Made by a program: the position numbers and the translations under genes. A stretch of DNA of 64,000 bases from Candidatus Hodarchaeota archaeon (GTDB lineage: Archaea; Asgardarchaeota; Lokiarchaeia; Sigyniarchaeales; SOKP01), in NCBI GenBank assembly GCA_048886685.1, contig JBHLKM010000019.1, positions 20,107 to 84,106 on the forward strand, given 5' to 3'. Positions 1 to 10,026 of the stretch are shown here, piece by piece. Position 1 is the stretch's first letter. Every line of letters begins with the position of its first letter. Under the pieces are notes generated by a model, which did no database searches, had not been told where the DNA came from, and saw nothing but the letters and a program-made list of their open reading frames with translations.

Positions 1-1
1 A

Positions 2-1402
2 ACATATCACGTACCCAACACGATAGGAAACCATACATTTACTTTTACTGCATGTGACATGGATAACGATAGACTTGATGATATATTAAACATTACTATA
101 ATTATACAGATAAACATAATAGATGACGACGATGAGGGTCCTATTATTAAAAGTGTTAATATTACAAACAATCGTGTTTATGATCATTATGAGTTTATAA
201 TTATTGATGTGTTAGCTGAAGACAAATCAGGAATTTCTGAGCTATTTATTGAGTTTAACAATATTTGGTATTATGATGATAACGGGGATGGTCAATTTTT
301 TATTGAAAATCCAAGGACTCCTGGGATTTATAATTTTTCTGTTGTTGTAATAGATGCCGATAACGATCGAGAAGGAGATCATGAAACTACTCAGGTAATT
401 TTATCATTTGAAGTTTTCGATGATGATATTACGCCACCTAATATATATCTTTATTATGAGAATTATAATTATCAAATATCCATTCTTGATAATGATGGTA
501 TGATCGATAGTAAAGCTACCGGAGAATATCATTTAATCGACGAAGAAGGTATGATCTTGGAATCAGGTATTATGTCTCTGGAAGATTTTAAATATTTAAT
601 CACTATCCCATTAAAACCAGGAAATTATACTCTAGAAGTGTATTCAACTAATAATGACATTGAATGGGAAGGTGATGAGGAATTTAATGTTGAAATATTT
701 GATATATCTGTTGGGATTAAAGAATGTTTTCAAAAAGTTGATACATTAATTGAAAATTTAATAATTTATGTTGATGCGAATCTCTACTCAATACTAGCAG
801 ATAATATAAGATTTAAATTGCGTTTAGCTCAAGAAGACTTAAGGGATGCTTATGATTTGGTTGAAATAGGGAATCTTAAATGTTGTTTGTTTAATGAACT
901 CATAGTACAGGCAATTATAGAATTTGTTGAGTTCGAGACAGAAATCTATAATAATATTGATTTAATAGTTGATGAGATAAGAGATGAAATTATAACTTCT
1001 TTACATGAAATAAGAAATTTTGTTGTATTATTAATAGGAACTTCTGTTGATTATGTTTTAGGTCTTAAAGGTATTAGTAGTGGATACAATATTGCTCTCA
1101 TTGAAGTTGAACTTCTGAATCTTGCGGATTTTGTTGAAGAACTTGAGGATTTGGATACAAAATATTTAGAAAAACTAATAAGATTGTCTGCTCTGCATTT
1201 AGAACTTGCCATTATTAAACTTTCACGGGGTATTAACCCAGATTCAACATTATCAAATGCTCAAAAGTTTATAGAACGCGCCAAGGAAGAAGTAAATAAT
1301 TTATTAGAGAATTATGAGATCACAGAAGATATAGTAACAAAATTGCTAGAAACACTTGATTATTGTTATTTTAAGATTGAAGAAATTAAATTGGGAGAAT
1401 AA
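2..1402 (+). CDS. C-terminal part of a large acidic, probably extracellular protein (Ig-like repeats plus helical C-terminus); truncated at window start
   Basis: Frame is open from position 2 (TYHVPNTIGNHTFTFTACDM...). Repeated 'PGxY.F....D.DND' beta-rich units, then a helical tail. Confidence 0.6.
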   Translation, partial: TYHVPNTIGNHTFTFTACDMDNDRLDDILNITIIIQINIIDDDDEGPIIKSVNITNNRVYDHYEFIIIDVLAEDKSGISELFIEFNNIWYYDDNGDGQFFIENPRTPGIYNFSVVVIDADNDREGDHETTQVILSFEVFDDDITPPNIYLYYENYNYQISILDNDGMIDSKATGEYHLIDEEGMILESGIMSLEDFKYLITIPLKPGNYTLEVYSTNNDIEWEGDEEFNVEIFDISVGIKECFQKVDTLIENLIIYVDANLYSILADNIRFKLRLAQEDLRDAYDLVEIGNLKCCLFNELIVQAIIEFVEFETEIYNNIDLIVDEIRDEIITSLHEIRNFVVLLIGTSVDYVLGLKGISSGYNIALIEVELLNLADFVEELEDLDTKYLEKLIRLSALHLELAIIKLSRGINPDSTLSNAQKFIERAKEEVNNLLENYEITEDIVTKLLETLDYCYFKIEEIKLGE

Positions 1403-1820
1403 CCAGAATTATAGAATTTTATATAAAAATTAAGGAAGAGGAAAATCATGGCGGTATATCAGAAAAGGGGAAATATTATAGATTATTGCCATAAAATAAG
1501 AGAGTTGTGTCGAAATGAATTTGATTCAAGAATATTTAGTAGTAAATTAATTAAAATTCTAAGAAGCCTTAATGAAATCAAACAGAACGCTAGGTTAAAA
1601 ATTTCCATATATATCTTTGAGAAATCCGTGAATAGTGAGGATAAATAAGTTAAAATGAGAAATGCCTCATTAAAGAATTGAGAATATCCTCAATCTCAAG
1701 CACTTGACTTGTTATATATGTAGTATTTCGTACACTATAATTTTCTTAAGTAATATTTTAATTAGAAATTTATTTTTTAGAAATTAAGAAACTATAGGTA
1801 GGGCTATGTTTAAAAGTTAA

Positions 1821-2873
1821 ATGAGATTTAATAAAAACAGTGATAAAATTATGGAGCAGATAATCTCACGATGTGGTAACTTATGCTCAGAATGTCCTTG
1901 GTCCATGTATATGCGTAAAAAAATCAGTAAAGAAAACTGGGAGGAATATTCTGAAGAAATAAAGAGGTATACTGGATTCAAACCAATTAAGTATGAATGG
2001 GAAGGTTGTGTTGGGTGTTTAACCCCAAATGAAGAATTACCAAAACACCCTTTTTTTAACTTATTACGAAAATGTCGTACGAGAAAATGTGGCAGTAATA
2101 ATGAGGTTTATAATTGTGCATATTGTGGAAGATTCCCATGTGGGAATACCGTATCTAGTACTAATTTTACAAGAGAAAAAATATCTGAAAAATTGGAAAT
2201 CACTATTGATGATAAAACATATGATCGATATATTAAGATGTTTGACTCTATGACAAATCTTAAGAAAATCCGAAGTACTTTACCCAATGATCAAATAAAG
2301 AATCCTAAGCCCATTTCTAAAAAAATTGATATTACTCCATTAAAGGGGGAATTTAAGAATGAAGCTTATAATAAAATTTATAAGAAATTTCTTGAAATTG
2401 TAAACTCTAATCTAGGGATTAAAGGGATTGATACCGTTGCCGGTTTAGAAAATTATACATTAAGAAAGGATTTTCTATGGAAATTTATATGGATTTTCGG
2501 ATTACATGGAAAAATTGAGGGAAATGATTTAAGTATCGATAGCATTACATTATATGAGAATCGAAAACCCAAATCTCTTCCGAGTACTGAAGATCAATGG
2601 AAAATATACTTTGAGATATTGGCAGGTTTTGGGATAAATGCGAAATTGGAGATAAAAACTGATAAATTATACACACCTGGAGGTTATATGCGAGTAAAAA
2701 TACCTCAAACAAATAACCCTACATATATTATTAAAATGAACCTTGATCCAATTCTTCAAAAATTCCAATTATTTAAAGCATTGAATGAATTTTTATCTGA
2801 ATTACAAAAAAAGACAGGAAAACGGGCGTTTACAAACTTTAAAAAATTAAATTTTAATCCGATCCTCAGCTAA
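1821..2873 (+). CDS. DUF3795-like Cys-rich protein with C-terminal extension
   Basis: SRCGNLCSECP, CVGC, C.TRKC and NCAYCGRFPC motifs. Confidence 0.7.
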   Translation: MRFNKNSDKIMEQIISRCGNLCSECPWSMYMRKKISKENWEEYSEEIKRYTGFKPIKYEWEGCVGCLTPNEELPKHPFFNLLRKCRTRKCGSNNEVYNCAYCGRFPCGNTVSSTNFTREKISEKLEITIDDKTYDRYIKMFDSMTNLKKIRSTLPNDQIKNPKPISKKIDITPLKGEFKNEAYNKIYKKFLEIVNSNLGIKGIDTVAGLENYTLRKDFLWKFIWIFGLHGKIEGNDLSIDSITLYENRKPKSLPSTEDQWKIYFEILAGFGINAKLEIKTDKLYTPGGYMRVKIPQTNNPTYIIKMNLDPILQKFQLFKALNEFLSELQKKTGKRAFTNFKKLNFNPILS

Positions 2874-2887
2874 GAAAAACTGGAATG

Positions 2888-2922
2888 GAAAGGTAAATTC
2901 AACATCTGATTTCAATGAAAAT
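2888..2922 (+). repeat. Dispersed 35 bp intergenic motif, copy 1
   Basis: gaaaggtaaattcaacatctgatttcaatgaaaat; related copies at 6287-6315 (+) and 9708-9742 (-). Confidence 0.75.
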
Positions 2923-3091
2923 TCTAAGGGAAAATTAGATAAAAACAATTTTAATTCTTTTTGAAAATTTCCAATAACTAATGCTTTAGGTTTTTACATT
3001 ATATAGAATTCTTCTGAAAGAAAATTATAAAAACTAAAAATAATAAAAGAATAAATAATAGATGGTTATTTACAGGTAGTGAGGTATTGAT

Positions 3092-3628
3092 ATGGAAGAT
3101 GTAAAAAATGTGTGGATAAAAAGAATTTATGAAAATTGCAGTGGATGCAGAAGATGTGAGATTACATGTTCTCTACATCATGAGAGGAAAATATGGCCGG
3201 AAGCTTCAAGGGTTAGAGTTTTCATGCTTGTTCCAGGAGTTGAAATACCTCATCTCTGCTTTCAATGTAATGATTACCCATGTGTTGAGGAATGTCCCGA
3301 GGAAGCTCTATCGGTAGATGATCATACAGGAGCTATAATCACTGACAAATCGAAATGTACCGCATGTGGAATATGTATTAATGCCTGTCCTGGAAGAGTA
3401 CCACATCTCCATCCTCAAAATGAATATATAGTAATTTGTGATTTATGCGGAGGAAAGCCGAAATGTACAACTACTTGCCAAGAAGGTAAGTGGGATACTT
3501 TGATTCTCTCAGAGAGCCAAGATGAAGAAACGGAAAAAATCCAAGCTAAAACTCCTAAGAAACTCACATATGAAACTGCAAGAAAAATATTAGGTAAAAA
3601 GGCAACTGAAGAGGTGTATGAATGGTGA
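3092..3628 (+). CDS. Polyferredoxin small subunit of a tungsten oxidoreductase (WOR5S/DmsB-like)
   Basis: Four Cys clusters (CSGCRRCEITC, CFQC..YPC...CP, CTACGICINACP, CDLC...PKC...C); overlaps the AOR gene start. Confidence 0.85.
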   Translation: MEDVKNVWIKRIYENCSGCRRCEITCSLHHERKIWPEASRVRVFMLVPGVEIPHLCFQCNDYPCVEECPEEALSVDDHTGAIITDKSKCTACGICINACPGRVPHLHPQNEYIVICDLCGGKPKCTTTCQEGKWDTLILSESQDEETEKIQAKTPKKLTYETARKILGKKATEEVYEW

Positions 3629-5499
3629 ATGGTTATGCTGGAAAATTTCTGGAAATAGATCTGAAAAATAAGAATGTTGAAGAAATTACATTTTCAGAGA
3701 AAATTATTCAGGATTACATGGGAGGTAGGGGTTTAGGAGTAAAGATATTGTGGGATAGGCTTGGAAATAAGTGGGAAACGATTGATCCTCTAGGTGCTGA
3801 AAATATTTTACTCATGCTTACTGGACCTTTTACAGGATATTTTCTTGGTGCTAGAATTTGCGTAACTGGAAAATCTCCTCAAGGTAATGGAATTATAGGT
3901 TCAACAGTCGGGGGAGAGTTTGGTGTTGAATTAAAATGTGCCGGTTATGACGGAATAATTTTTACGGGAAAGGCTGAAAAACCGAGTTATGTATTTATTT
4001 GTGATGATAAAATAGATATTAAAGATGCTTCACATATATGGGGTAAAACTAGCAGAGAATCTATGCGTTATCTCATAAAGAATTCGATTAATGATATTAA
4101 AAAAATTTATCCTAATTATGGGGAGTTTAAGGAACCTTCCGTTCTATATATAGGTCCTGCTGGAGAAAATAAATCCAGAGCAGCAGCCGTAATAGCGAAA
4201 TATACACATGCTGCTGGTTACGGAGGATATGGTGCTGTAATGGGATCTAAAAACTTGAAGGCTGTGGTTGTAAAAGGTTTTGGTCCCTTACCAGATGTGT
4301 TTGATCAGGATAAAATGCTCGAGCTGTCGCATGAATTTTCAGATAATTGTTTTATGATAGAATTTTTTAGACGTTGGGGTACAGGATCGGGAGGATATAC
4401 ATTTGGAGCGGACTCAAGTTCAGAGCCAGTTAAAAATTGGCAGGAAGAATGGCATAATGAGGAAAGTTATAAAGGTGAAGAATTCGATAAACTTTGGGTA
4501 AAAAAATACTGGGGAGATTTCGGTTGTCCTGTTACATGTCTAAAGTTGGCAGTGTTGAGAGATGGAAAATATAATGGGGCTGTCTGTGATAATCCTGATT
4601 ACGAACTTGAGGCATTCCTGGGGCCAAATTTGGGTATTTTTTCACCAGAACAGAATATTTATCTATCGTATATAGTAGAAGAATTAGGATTTTGTGGTAT
4701 TCAAGGCGGTGCAATTTTGGGTTTTACAGGGGAATTATTCCAAAGAGGTATCATTTCAAAAGAAGATTTAGGAGGAATTAATCTTGAATGGGGAAATGTT
4801 GATGCATTTGCAGAATTAGCTAGAAAAATTGCTTTTAGAGAAGGTATTGGGGATATATTAGCAGAAGGGATATATCGGGCGGCTTTGAAACTTGAAGAAA
4901 TGAAAGAAACCGAAATCCTTAAATATGCAATTCATCTTAAAGGCATGGCAATCGGAGCTCACGGTCTTAGAAGCGGTAAGGACATGGTAACACCAACATC
5001 AATCGGATATAGTGTATCAGTTCAAGCAGGAGACCATACATCATCGGCTGCTCTTCCTATTGATGGACGTGGAAGTGAGTTACGCTCAATTATGAGTGAT
5101 TCTGGAGTATATTGTAACTTTACTACCTTTACCCTAGCTTTTGCTCAAATTGCTAGTTTCTATCAAGCAGTTACGGGTTGGGAATTACCAAAAGAAAGAT
5201 GGTTCAGTGAAAAAGCATTAAGAATTTTACAATTACAGAGAACTGTATCACTGCTTGGAGGACCGGATGCTGAATGGAGATCAAAGCAAGATGATACTCT
5301 ACCGTCTAGATTTTGGGAACCTCTCCCATCGGGACCATTCAAAGGGGAATCAATAGATAAAAATACATTTGAGAAATTAAAATCCGAATATTACACAGCA
5401 GTGGGGTGGAATGAGGAAGGTGTACCTAGTTCTGAGATATTGCAAAAGCTAGATTTAAAAGATGTTGAATCGAAGCTTAAAAAAGAAGGTTTGTTATAA
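3622..5499 (+). CDS. Tungsten-containing aldehyde:ferredoxin oxidoreductase family, WOR5-like large subunit
   Basis: GGRGLG, KSP, GYDG, IGPAGEN, AAGYGGYGAVMGSKNLKA, DYE and DFGCPVTC motifs. Confidence 0.9.
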   Translation: MVNGYAGKFLEIDLKNKNVEEITFSEKIIQDYMGGRGLGVKILWDRLGNKWETIDPLGAENILLMLTGPFTGYFLGARICVTGKSPQGNGIIGSTVGGEFGVELKCAGYDGIIFTGKAEKPSYVFICDDKIDIKDASHIWGKTSRESMRYLIKNSINDIKKIYPNYGEFKEPSVLYIGPAGENKSRAAAVIAKYTHAAGYGGYGAVMGSKNLKAVVVKGFGPLPDVFDQDKMLELSHEFSDNCFMIEFFRRWGTGSGGYTFGADSSSEPVKNWQEEWHNEESYKGEEFDKLWVKKYWGDFGCPVTCLKLAVLRDGKYNGAVCDNPDYELEAFLGPNLGIFSPEQNIYLSYIVEELGFCGIQGGAILGFTGELFQRGIISKEDLGGINLEWGNVDAFAELARKIAFREGIGDILAEGIYRAALKLEEMKETEILKYAIHLKGMAIGAHGLRSGKDMVTPTSIGYSVSVQAGDHTSSAALPIDGRGSELRSIMSDSGVYCNFTTFTLAFAQIASFYQAVTGWELPKERWFSEKALRILQLQRTVSLLGGPDAEWRSKQDDTLPSRFWEPLPSGPFKGESIDKNTFEKLKSEYYTAVGWNEEGVPSSEILQKLDLKDVESKLKKEGLL

Positions 5500-5582
5500 T
5501 TTAATAGATACAAAATCGGAGCCAGATGACCTTATATGAACCATTTATGGTTATAGAGCAATTTGAAAAGAATAAAACATTA

Positions 5583-6146
5583 TCAGCTGAATCTCGACGT
5601 TAATTGTTTTCCAATTCCTTTTGCTTTTTGTACCAATGTATTTTGATTATAGATAGCACCAATCCTACGGAGTCCAGGCGCAATCATTAAATCTTTAACA
5701 TTATAGCCTAAAAGATTAAATAATCTCGAAGCATTGTCAATATATTTTTTAAATAGATCGATATTAGGATTACCATGAGTAAAAACTAACACCAAATCCT
5801 TTTTTCCAATTTTGCTTTTAAATCCCGCACTTATTTGGGAAAAATGACGATCAACGAATATTTTTAATTGAGCAGACATTTGCCCAAAATATATAGGAGA
5901 CCCAATTATCACTGCATCTGATTGTTTAATTTCTTCAAATAGATGTGGCATATCATCCTTTAGTGCACAATCTTCATCATTAATTTTACAATGATAACAA
6001 CTTTGACATCCCTTTATATCCATTTCATTTAAATTAAATATTTCAGTCTCTGCACCATTCTCTGCGCCACTTTCTAGAATTATCTCCACTAATTTTTGAG
6101 TATTTCCCTCAACTCTAGGACTACCTACAATACCAATGATTTTCAT
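5583..6146 (-). CDS. Iron-sulfur flavoprotein (Isf)/flavodoxin-like FMN reductase
   Basis: GSPR..GNT FMN loop, compact CQSCYHC.....C motif, SPIYFG..SAQLK..DR. Confidence 0.85.
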   Translation of the reverse strand: MKIIGIVGSPRVEGNTQKLVEIILESGAENGAETEIFNLNEMDIKGCQSCYHCKINDEDCALKDDMPHLFEEIKQSDAVIIGSPIYFGQMSAQLKIFVDRHFSQISAGFKSKIGKKDLVLVFTHGNPNIDLFKKYIDNASRLFNLLGYNVKDLMIAPGLRRIGAIYNQNTLVQKAKGIGKQLTSRFS

Positions 6147-6286
6147 TTGATTTATACACCTTACATTCGAAGTTAAGATATTTTAATTTGAAATTCTAAA
6201 ATTTACTTTTTCTGAGTGAACTAATTAGATATTACTTTATGTAATTTGATAAAAATTTATAATTTTTTTTATTTCTTCTTTAATTA

Positions 6287-6315
6287 TAAATTCCGAGTCT
6301 GATTTCAATGAAAAT
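6287..6315 (+). repeat. Dispersed intergenic motif, copy 2 (partial, 29 bp)
   Basis: taaattccgagtctgatttcaatgaaaat. Confidence 0.7.
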
Positions 6316-6491
6316 GTTAAGATATGAAAATTTATTCTAATAAGAATTTTTGTAATACATTTCTATAATGAGTGCAATACCAAATTAGAGGAGAACTGTA
6401 ATTCTTGACATAATTAAATAAAGAAATTATTGGATCTTCATAAATAATGGTCTACTATTTTTTTATAATACAATTTTCTTTAAATTCTAAT

Positions 6492-7130
6492 ATGAATACG
6501 AATAATGATTTAGACAATCTTTATAAATTAACACCGGAAGATGTTAAAAAGGCATGTGCGGTAGCAGGGAACGCTTTTCAAGATGATCCTATCATGGTAT
6601 TTGTATATCCTGATGAGAAAGAAAGAAAAGAAAAAGCGCAATATGGATTTTATATGATCTATAATTATGGCATAAAATATGGATTAGCTTATGCTACATC
6701 TAAAAACTTAGAAGGAATTACAATATGGTTACCACCTGATAAAGTATATCCTTCTTTTTGGTCGATGATGAGATATGGTGGTTTTTATGCCATGCGCAAG
6801 GTAGGTTTAAAATTACAAGCGATGAAAAGATCTATGACGGTTTTCAAATTTGAAGAAGAGAGGCATAGATACCATGTGCCCGATAAACATTGGTATTTTC
6901 AAAATATAGCCGTTGAGCCAGAAGAACAAGGGAAGGGATACGGTGGACTACTCATAAGTACTATGCTTAAAACTATTGAGAGCGAGGGGTTACCTGTTTA
7001 TGTGGAAACTAATACCGAAAAGAGCGTGTCAATTTACCTGAAATACGGATTCGAAATACTTGAACATACAATAATTCCTGAAACCCCTATACCTCTTTGG
7101 TGTATGTTAAGAAAACCAAAACAAACTTGA
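6492..7130 (+). CDS. GNAT family N-acetyltransferase
   Basis: AF.DDP N-terminus, AVEPEEQGKGYG acetyl-CoA loop, Y.KYGF. Start moved to the ATG at 6492. Confidence 0.85.
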   Translation: MNTNNDLDNLYKLTPEDVKKACAVAGNAFQDDPIMVFVYPDEKERKEKAQYGFYMIYNYGIKYGLAYATSKNLEGITIWLPPDKVYPSFWSMMRYGGFYAMRKVGLKLQAMKRSMTVFKFEEERHRYHVPDKHWYFQNIAVEPEEQGKGYGGLLISTMLKTIESEGLPVYVETNTEKSVSIYLKYGFEILEHTIIPETPIPLWCMLRKPKQT

Positions 7131-7287
7131 TTTATGAGTCTCATCAATATGATGATAAACAATCAAACTGTCTTCTGTCTTGCTCATTTTCAGAGGCTGG
7201 ATTCCAAATAAATCTCTTTTCTTGGCACATATTATATATAGCCTTATAAAGAATTTTATATTTATATTTAAATAAGTTTTTATTTTC

Positions 7288-7425
7288 TTAAGTTTTTGAT
7301 AAGTTAAAATTCGAAATCCAAGTGATTGGTATGTATTTGAATAAGTTTGATGATGCATCTTCAATTTTACCTTCAGCAATGATCTCTTTCACGAGTGTAA
7401 GTTTCTTGGACGCTGAATTGGACAT
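7288..7425 (-). pseudogene. Stub of a TPR-protein paralogue (N-terminal ~24 codons only)
   Basis: MSNSASKKLTLVKEIIAEGKIEDA aligns with the N-terminus MSHSEHKELIQAEKLIKEGKIEKA of 24973..26928, then runs into unrelated sequence. Confidence 0.55.
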
Positions 7426-7490
7426 CTGAGGATCTTTCAACATAATTGAATTCAAAAATAAGGAAGATTAGACCCCTTAAATGTATACAT

Positions 7491-7724
7491 ATGACCTCAA
7501 AAAATATTAGTATCACTGAAGAAGTCTATAAAAAACTTATTAAAATTAAAAAAGACAATGAAAGCTTTTCAGAATTATTCTTGAGACTGCTTAAGATCCA
7601 AAAAGTTAAAATGGAAAATTGTTTTGGGGCATGGAATCTTTCAGAAGAAGAAAAAAGAGATATTTGGGATGATATTACAAATCGAACTGGTCGAGATTGG
7701 AAAAAGACCAATTTGGTGAAGTAA
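7491..7724 (+). CDS. vapB: VapB-family antitoxin (archaeal DUF217 type)
   Basis: MTSKNISITEEVYKKLIKIK..NESFSE..LRL...FGAW pattern; directly followed by a PIN-type start. Confidence 0.8.
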   Translation: MTSKNISITEEVYKKLIKIKKDNESFSELFLRLLKIQKVKMENCFGAWNLSEEEKRDIWDDITNRTGRDWKKTNLVK

Positions 7725-7725
7725 A

Positions 7726-7785
7726 ATGATTATACTCGACACTAATGCATGTTTCCATTCCAAATTTCACAGAAAATTGAGATAA
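7726..7785 (+). pseudogene. vapC: Truncated VapC/PIN toxin (first strand only)
   Basis: MIILDTNAC begins 1 nt after the antitoxin stop, with a GGTGA RBS; stops after 19 codons. Confidence 0.75.
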
Positions 7786-7788
7786 AAT

Positions 7789-9594
7789 TTAAAAAATCTC
7801 ATCGATCACTGTTTTTAGCACGGGGGGTTTATCGAGCTCTAACATCTCACTGGTTTTGACTGAATTATTGAGTGCTTGCCAGATTTCTGGATTCTCTCTT
7901 ATCGCTTCAGAAAAGCGCGATAACTTCTGCAACGCGGGATAGGACTGCCCCTTAATCACATAACATGCCAAAAACGGTTCAACTGGATTGATCAAAATTG
8001 TATTTTCTCCAACTCGTATACGATCAATCGATTTTGAAAAGATCTCATCCATGAACGTATTAAAAGCGGACATAAATGAACTAAAGAGATCACTGTAATC
8101 CCAGTTGGCTATAAAAGGATGATTGAAATAGGTTACACCGCTACTGTCCATAATAAGAAGCAGGATGGGTTCTTCATTTTCTAACTCGGAAGTTTCAATT
8201 ACCCCCCTTCCCTTCAAACGTTCAAGTACACCCTCAATAGATGCCAACTTCAGGCGTTCTGCCACTGATGCTTGAGTTTTCTTAAAAGATTCCCAGAGGC
8301 TTAACTCTTCCAATAACTTATCATGTTCTCTCGAGATATCATTAGCCAGTAGTTGGAGATCATGCTCACCTGCTATTCTTTGTGCTTCAGCTAACAATCT
8401 TCTCGCTTCCACCAAATTTATTTGAAGTAGAGCTAATTTCGCCCGGAAGAGCTTTACATTCGCTAATAAATAATAGGAGTTTATACTTATCGCATTTCTG
8501 TGTAAATGATCTATAAGCGGATGTATATCATCTAATATTTCTATCTGATTGGTTAACTGAAATTCTTGGAAATATATGTCACATAAATGAATTAATGCTT
8601 CAGAATTAAGACCCCCCCCTTCTTCTATAAGATTTTTTAAAATATTTTCTGCTTCAGTACGATCACGCATTCTACTACTTGATTTCAATATTAGAGCATT
8701 AGTTAACCGATAAAAATAATTTATACTAGCATTAGACTCATATTTTTCCTTGAGAAGTTTAAATTCGTGGAAATAGCGCTGCACTTCCTCATTTTCTTTT
8801 TTGATAAGAAAAATACGTATAATTACATAGTATGTTGCCGCCAAAAAATATCCTTCTTCAAATTTTTTATAGATTTCAAGACTATTTATATGATATTCTA
8901 ACGCATGATCCATATCTCCTTTAAAGTAATATATTCCTCCCATAAGACGGTAAAACTCTGCTTTCTCAAAAAGAGGGCCTTGATAATTTAACTTAGAAAT
9001 TAAAGATATGGCTTTTTCACCACATGCTAATGCGAGATTTAATTCTCCTTTGAATAAATAGACCCAACCCTTTAATCCCTGCACGAAAGGGAGTAAAAAT
9101 GAAAGTGGATCATTTTTTTCATAATAAGTTATACAATTATCAGCATATTCTAAGCTTCGGTCAAGTTTTTTAAGGAAAAAGTTTCCTACAGCATAAATAC
9201 AACCCATTTCTGCTTCTATTTGAGGATAAGTTGATAAATCTAGCTGACGAATTGATTTAAAAAGGCTAACAATCAGTTCATAATTCTTGCCATATTCAAT
9301 ACTGCCCATTGTCGCAAAAACCAGTGCTTTGACAAAAAGCGCATCAAAGGAAAAGATAGCCTTACTAAATTCTTGACTAGTTTGGTAGAGGATTTCAGCG
9401 GTCTGAAGTGCTAATTCGAATTTTCCGAGCAAAAAGAAGAGATAACTTTTAATCCCTTGAATATTTAATCTCTCATCAAGCGTTAAAGCTTCCTTTTGTT
9501 CTAAATCATTTAAATATTCAAGAGCTTTTTCAAATTCTCCATTATCAATTAACGTTTTTGCTTTAGTTATTTTCTCAGAAGGTATTACAATCAT
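7789..9594 (-). CDS. Tetratricopeptide-repeat protein with C-terminal longin-like domain
   Basis: TPR helices (G.IYYFKGDMDHALEY); C-terminal EEPILLLIMDSSG...YVIKGQSY domain shared with 24973..26928. Confidence 0.8.
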   Translation of the reverse strand: MIVIPSEKITKAKTLIDNGEFEKALEYLNDLEQKEALTLDERLNIQGIKSYLFFLLGKFELALQTAEILYQTSQEFSKAIFSFDALFVKALVFATMGSIEYGKNYELIVSLFKSIRQLDLSTYPQIEAEMGCIYAVGNFFLKKLDRSLEYADNCITYYEKNDPLSFLLPFVQGLKGWVYLFKGELNLALACGEKAISLISKLNYQGPLFEKAEFYRLMGGIYYFKGDMDHALEYHINSLEIYKKFEEGYFLAATYYVIIRIFLIKKENEEVQRYFHEFKLLKEKYESNASINYFYRLTNALILKSSSRMRDRTEAENILKNLIEEGGGLNSEALIHLCDIYFQEFQLTNQIEILDDIHPLIDHLHRNAISINSYYLLANVKLFRAKLALLQINLVEARRLLAEAQRIAGEHDLQLLANDISREHDKLLEELSLWESFKKTQASVAERLKLASIEGVLERLKGRGVIETSELENEEPILLLIMDSSGVTYFNHPFIANWDYSDLFSSFMSAFNTFMDEIFSKSIDRIRVGENTILINPVEPFLACYVIKGQSYPALQKLSRFSEAIRENPEIWQALNNSVKTSEMLELDKPPVLKTVIDEIF

Positions 9595-9707
9595 TAGGGA
9601 GATTTTTCATTTTCATTGAATTTAAAAAAATGGAAGTACCTTTTCCTTTTAAGCCTTTTGTATTATAGTCTCGATTTAGAATTTTATTATTTCGTTTTTT
9701 CAAAGTA

Positions 9708-9742
9708 ATTTTCAATGAAATCAGACTCTGAATTTACCTTTC
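9708..9742 (-). repeat. Dispersed 35 bp intergenic motif, copy 3
   Basis: Reverse complement is gaaaggtaaattcagagtctgatttcattgaaaat; 4 mismatches to copy 1. Confidence 0.75.
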
Positions 9743-9807
9743 AGGAGATTTTCCATTTAAATATAAATAACAAGATAAACATTCAAACTTTTATTTGCCC
9801 ATTTAAA

Positions 9808-9909
9808 TCATGGGATGATTATAGTTGGATCTTCCTTAATTCGGTCTAAAACGAGTTGGGTTTTGACTTCTTCTACTTCGGGAAGATTTCGAAGGTTTTC
9901 GATAAGATC
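9808..9909 (-). pseudogene. Displaced duplicate of the last 33 codons plus stop of the lrp gene (direct repeat of 14247-14348)
   Basis: Encodes DLIENLRNLPEVEEVKTQLVLDRIKEDPTIIIP*, identical to the Lrp C-terminus; 13 nucleotide differences, all synonymous. Confidence 0.92.
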
Positions 9910-10026
9910 CAAAATCTTGTTCTGATCAATTGTCAAATTAAAATGAAATGGTTTTTTATTCAGTGATAATAATTGAGTGATCTCATTAGAATTATTAAAT
10001 TATTATTATCAATTGCTAATTCCTAA

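Noticed and set aside
1448-1648. 66 aa ORF
   Set aside because: No recognisable motif; cannot be supported beyond being open.
7107-7379. 90 aa minus-strand ORF
   Set aside because: Low-complexity and overlaps the GNAT end; the recognisable homology lies in a different frame (TPR stub).
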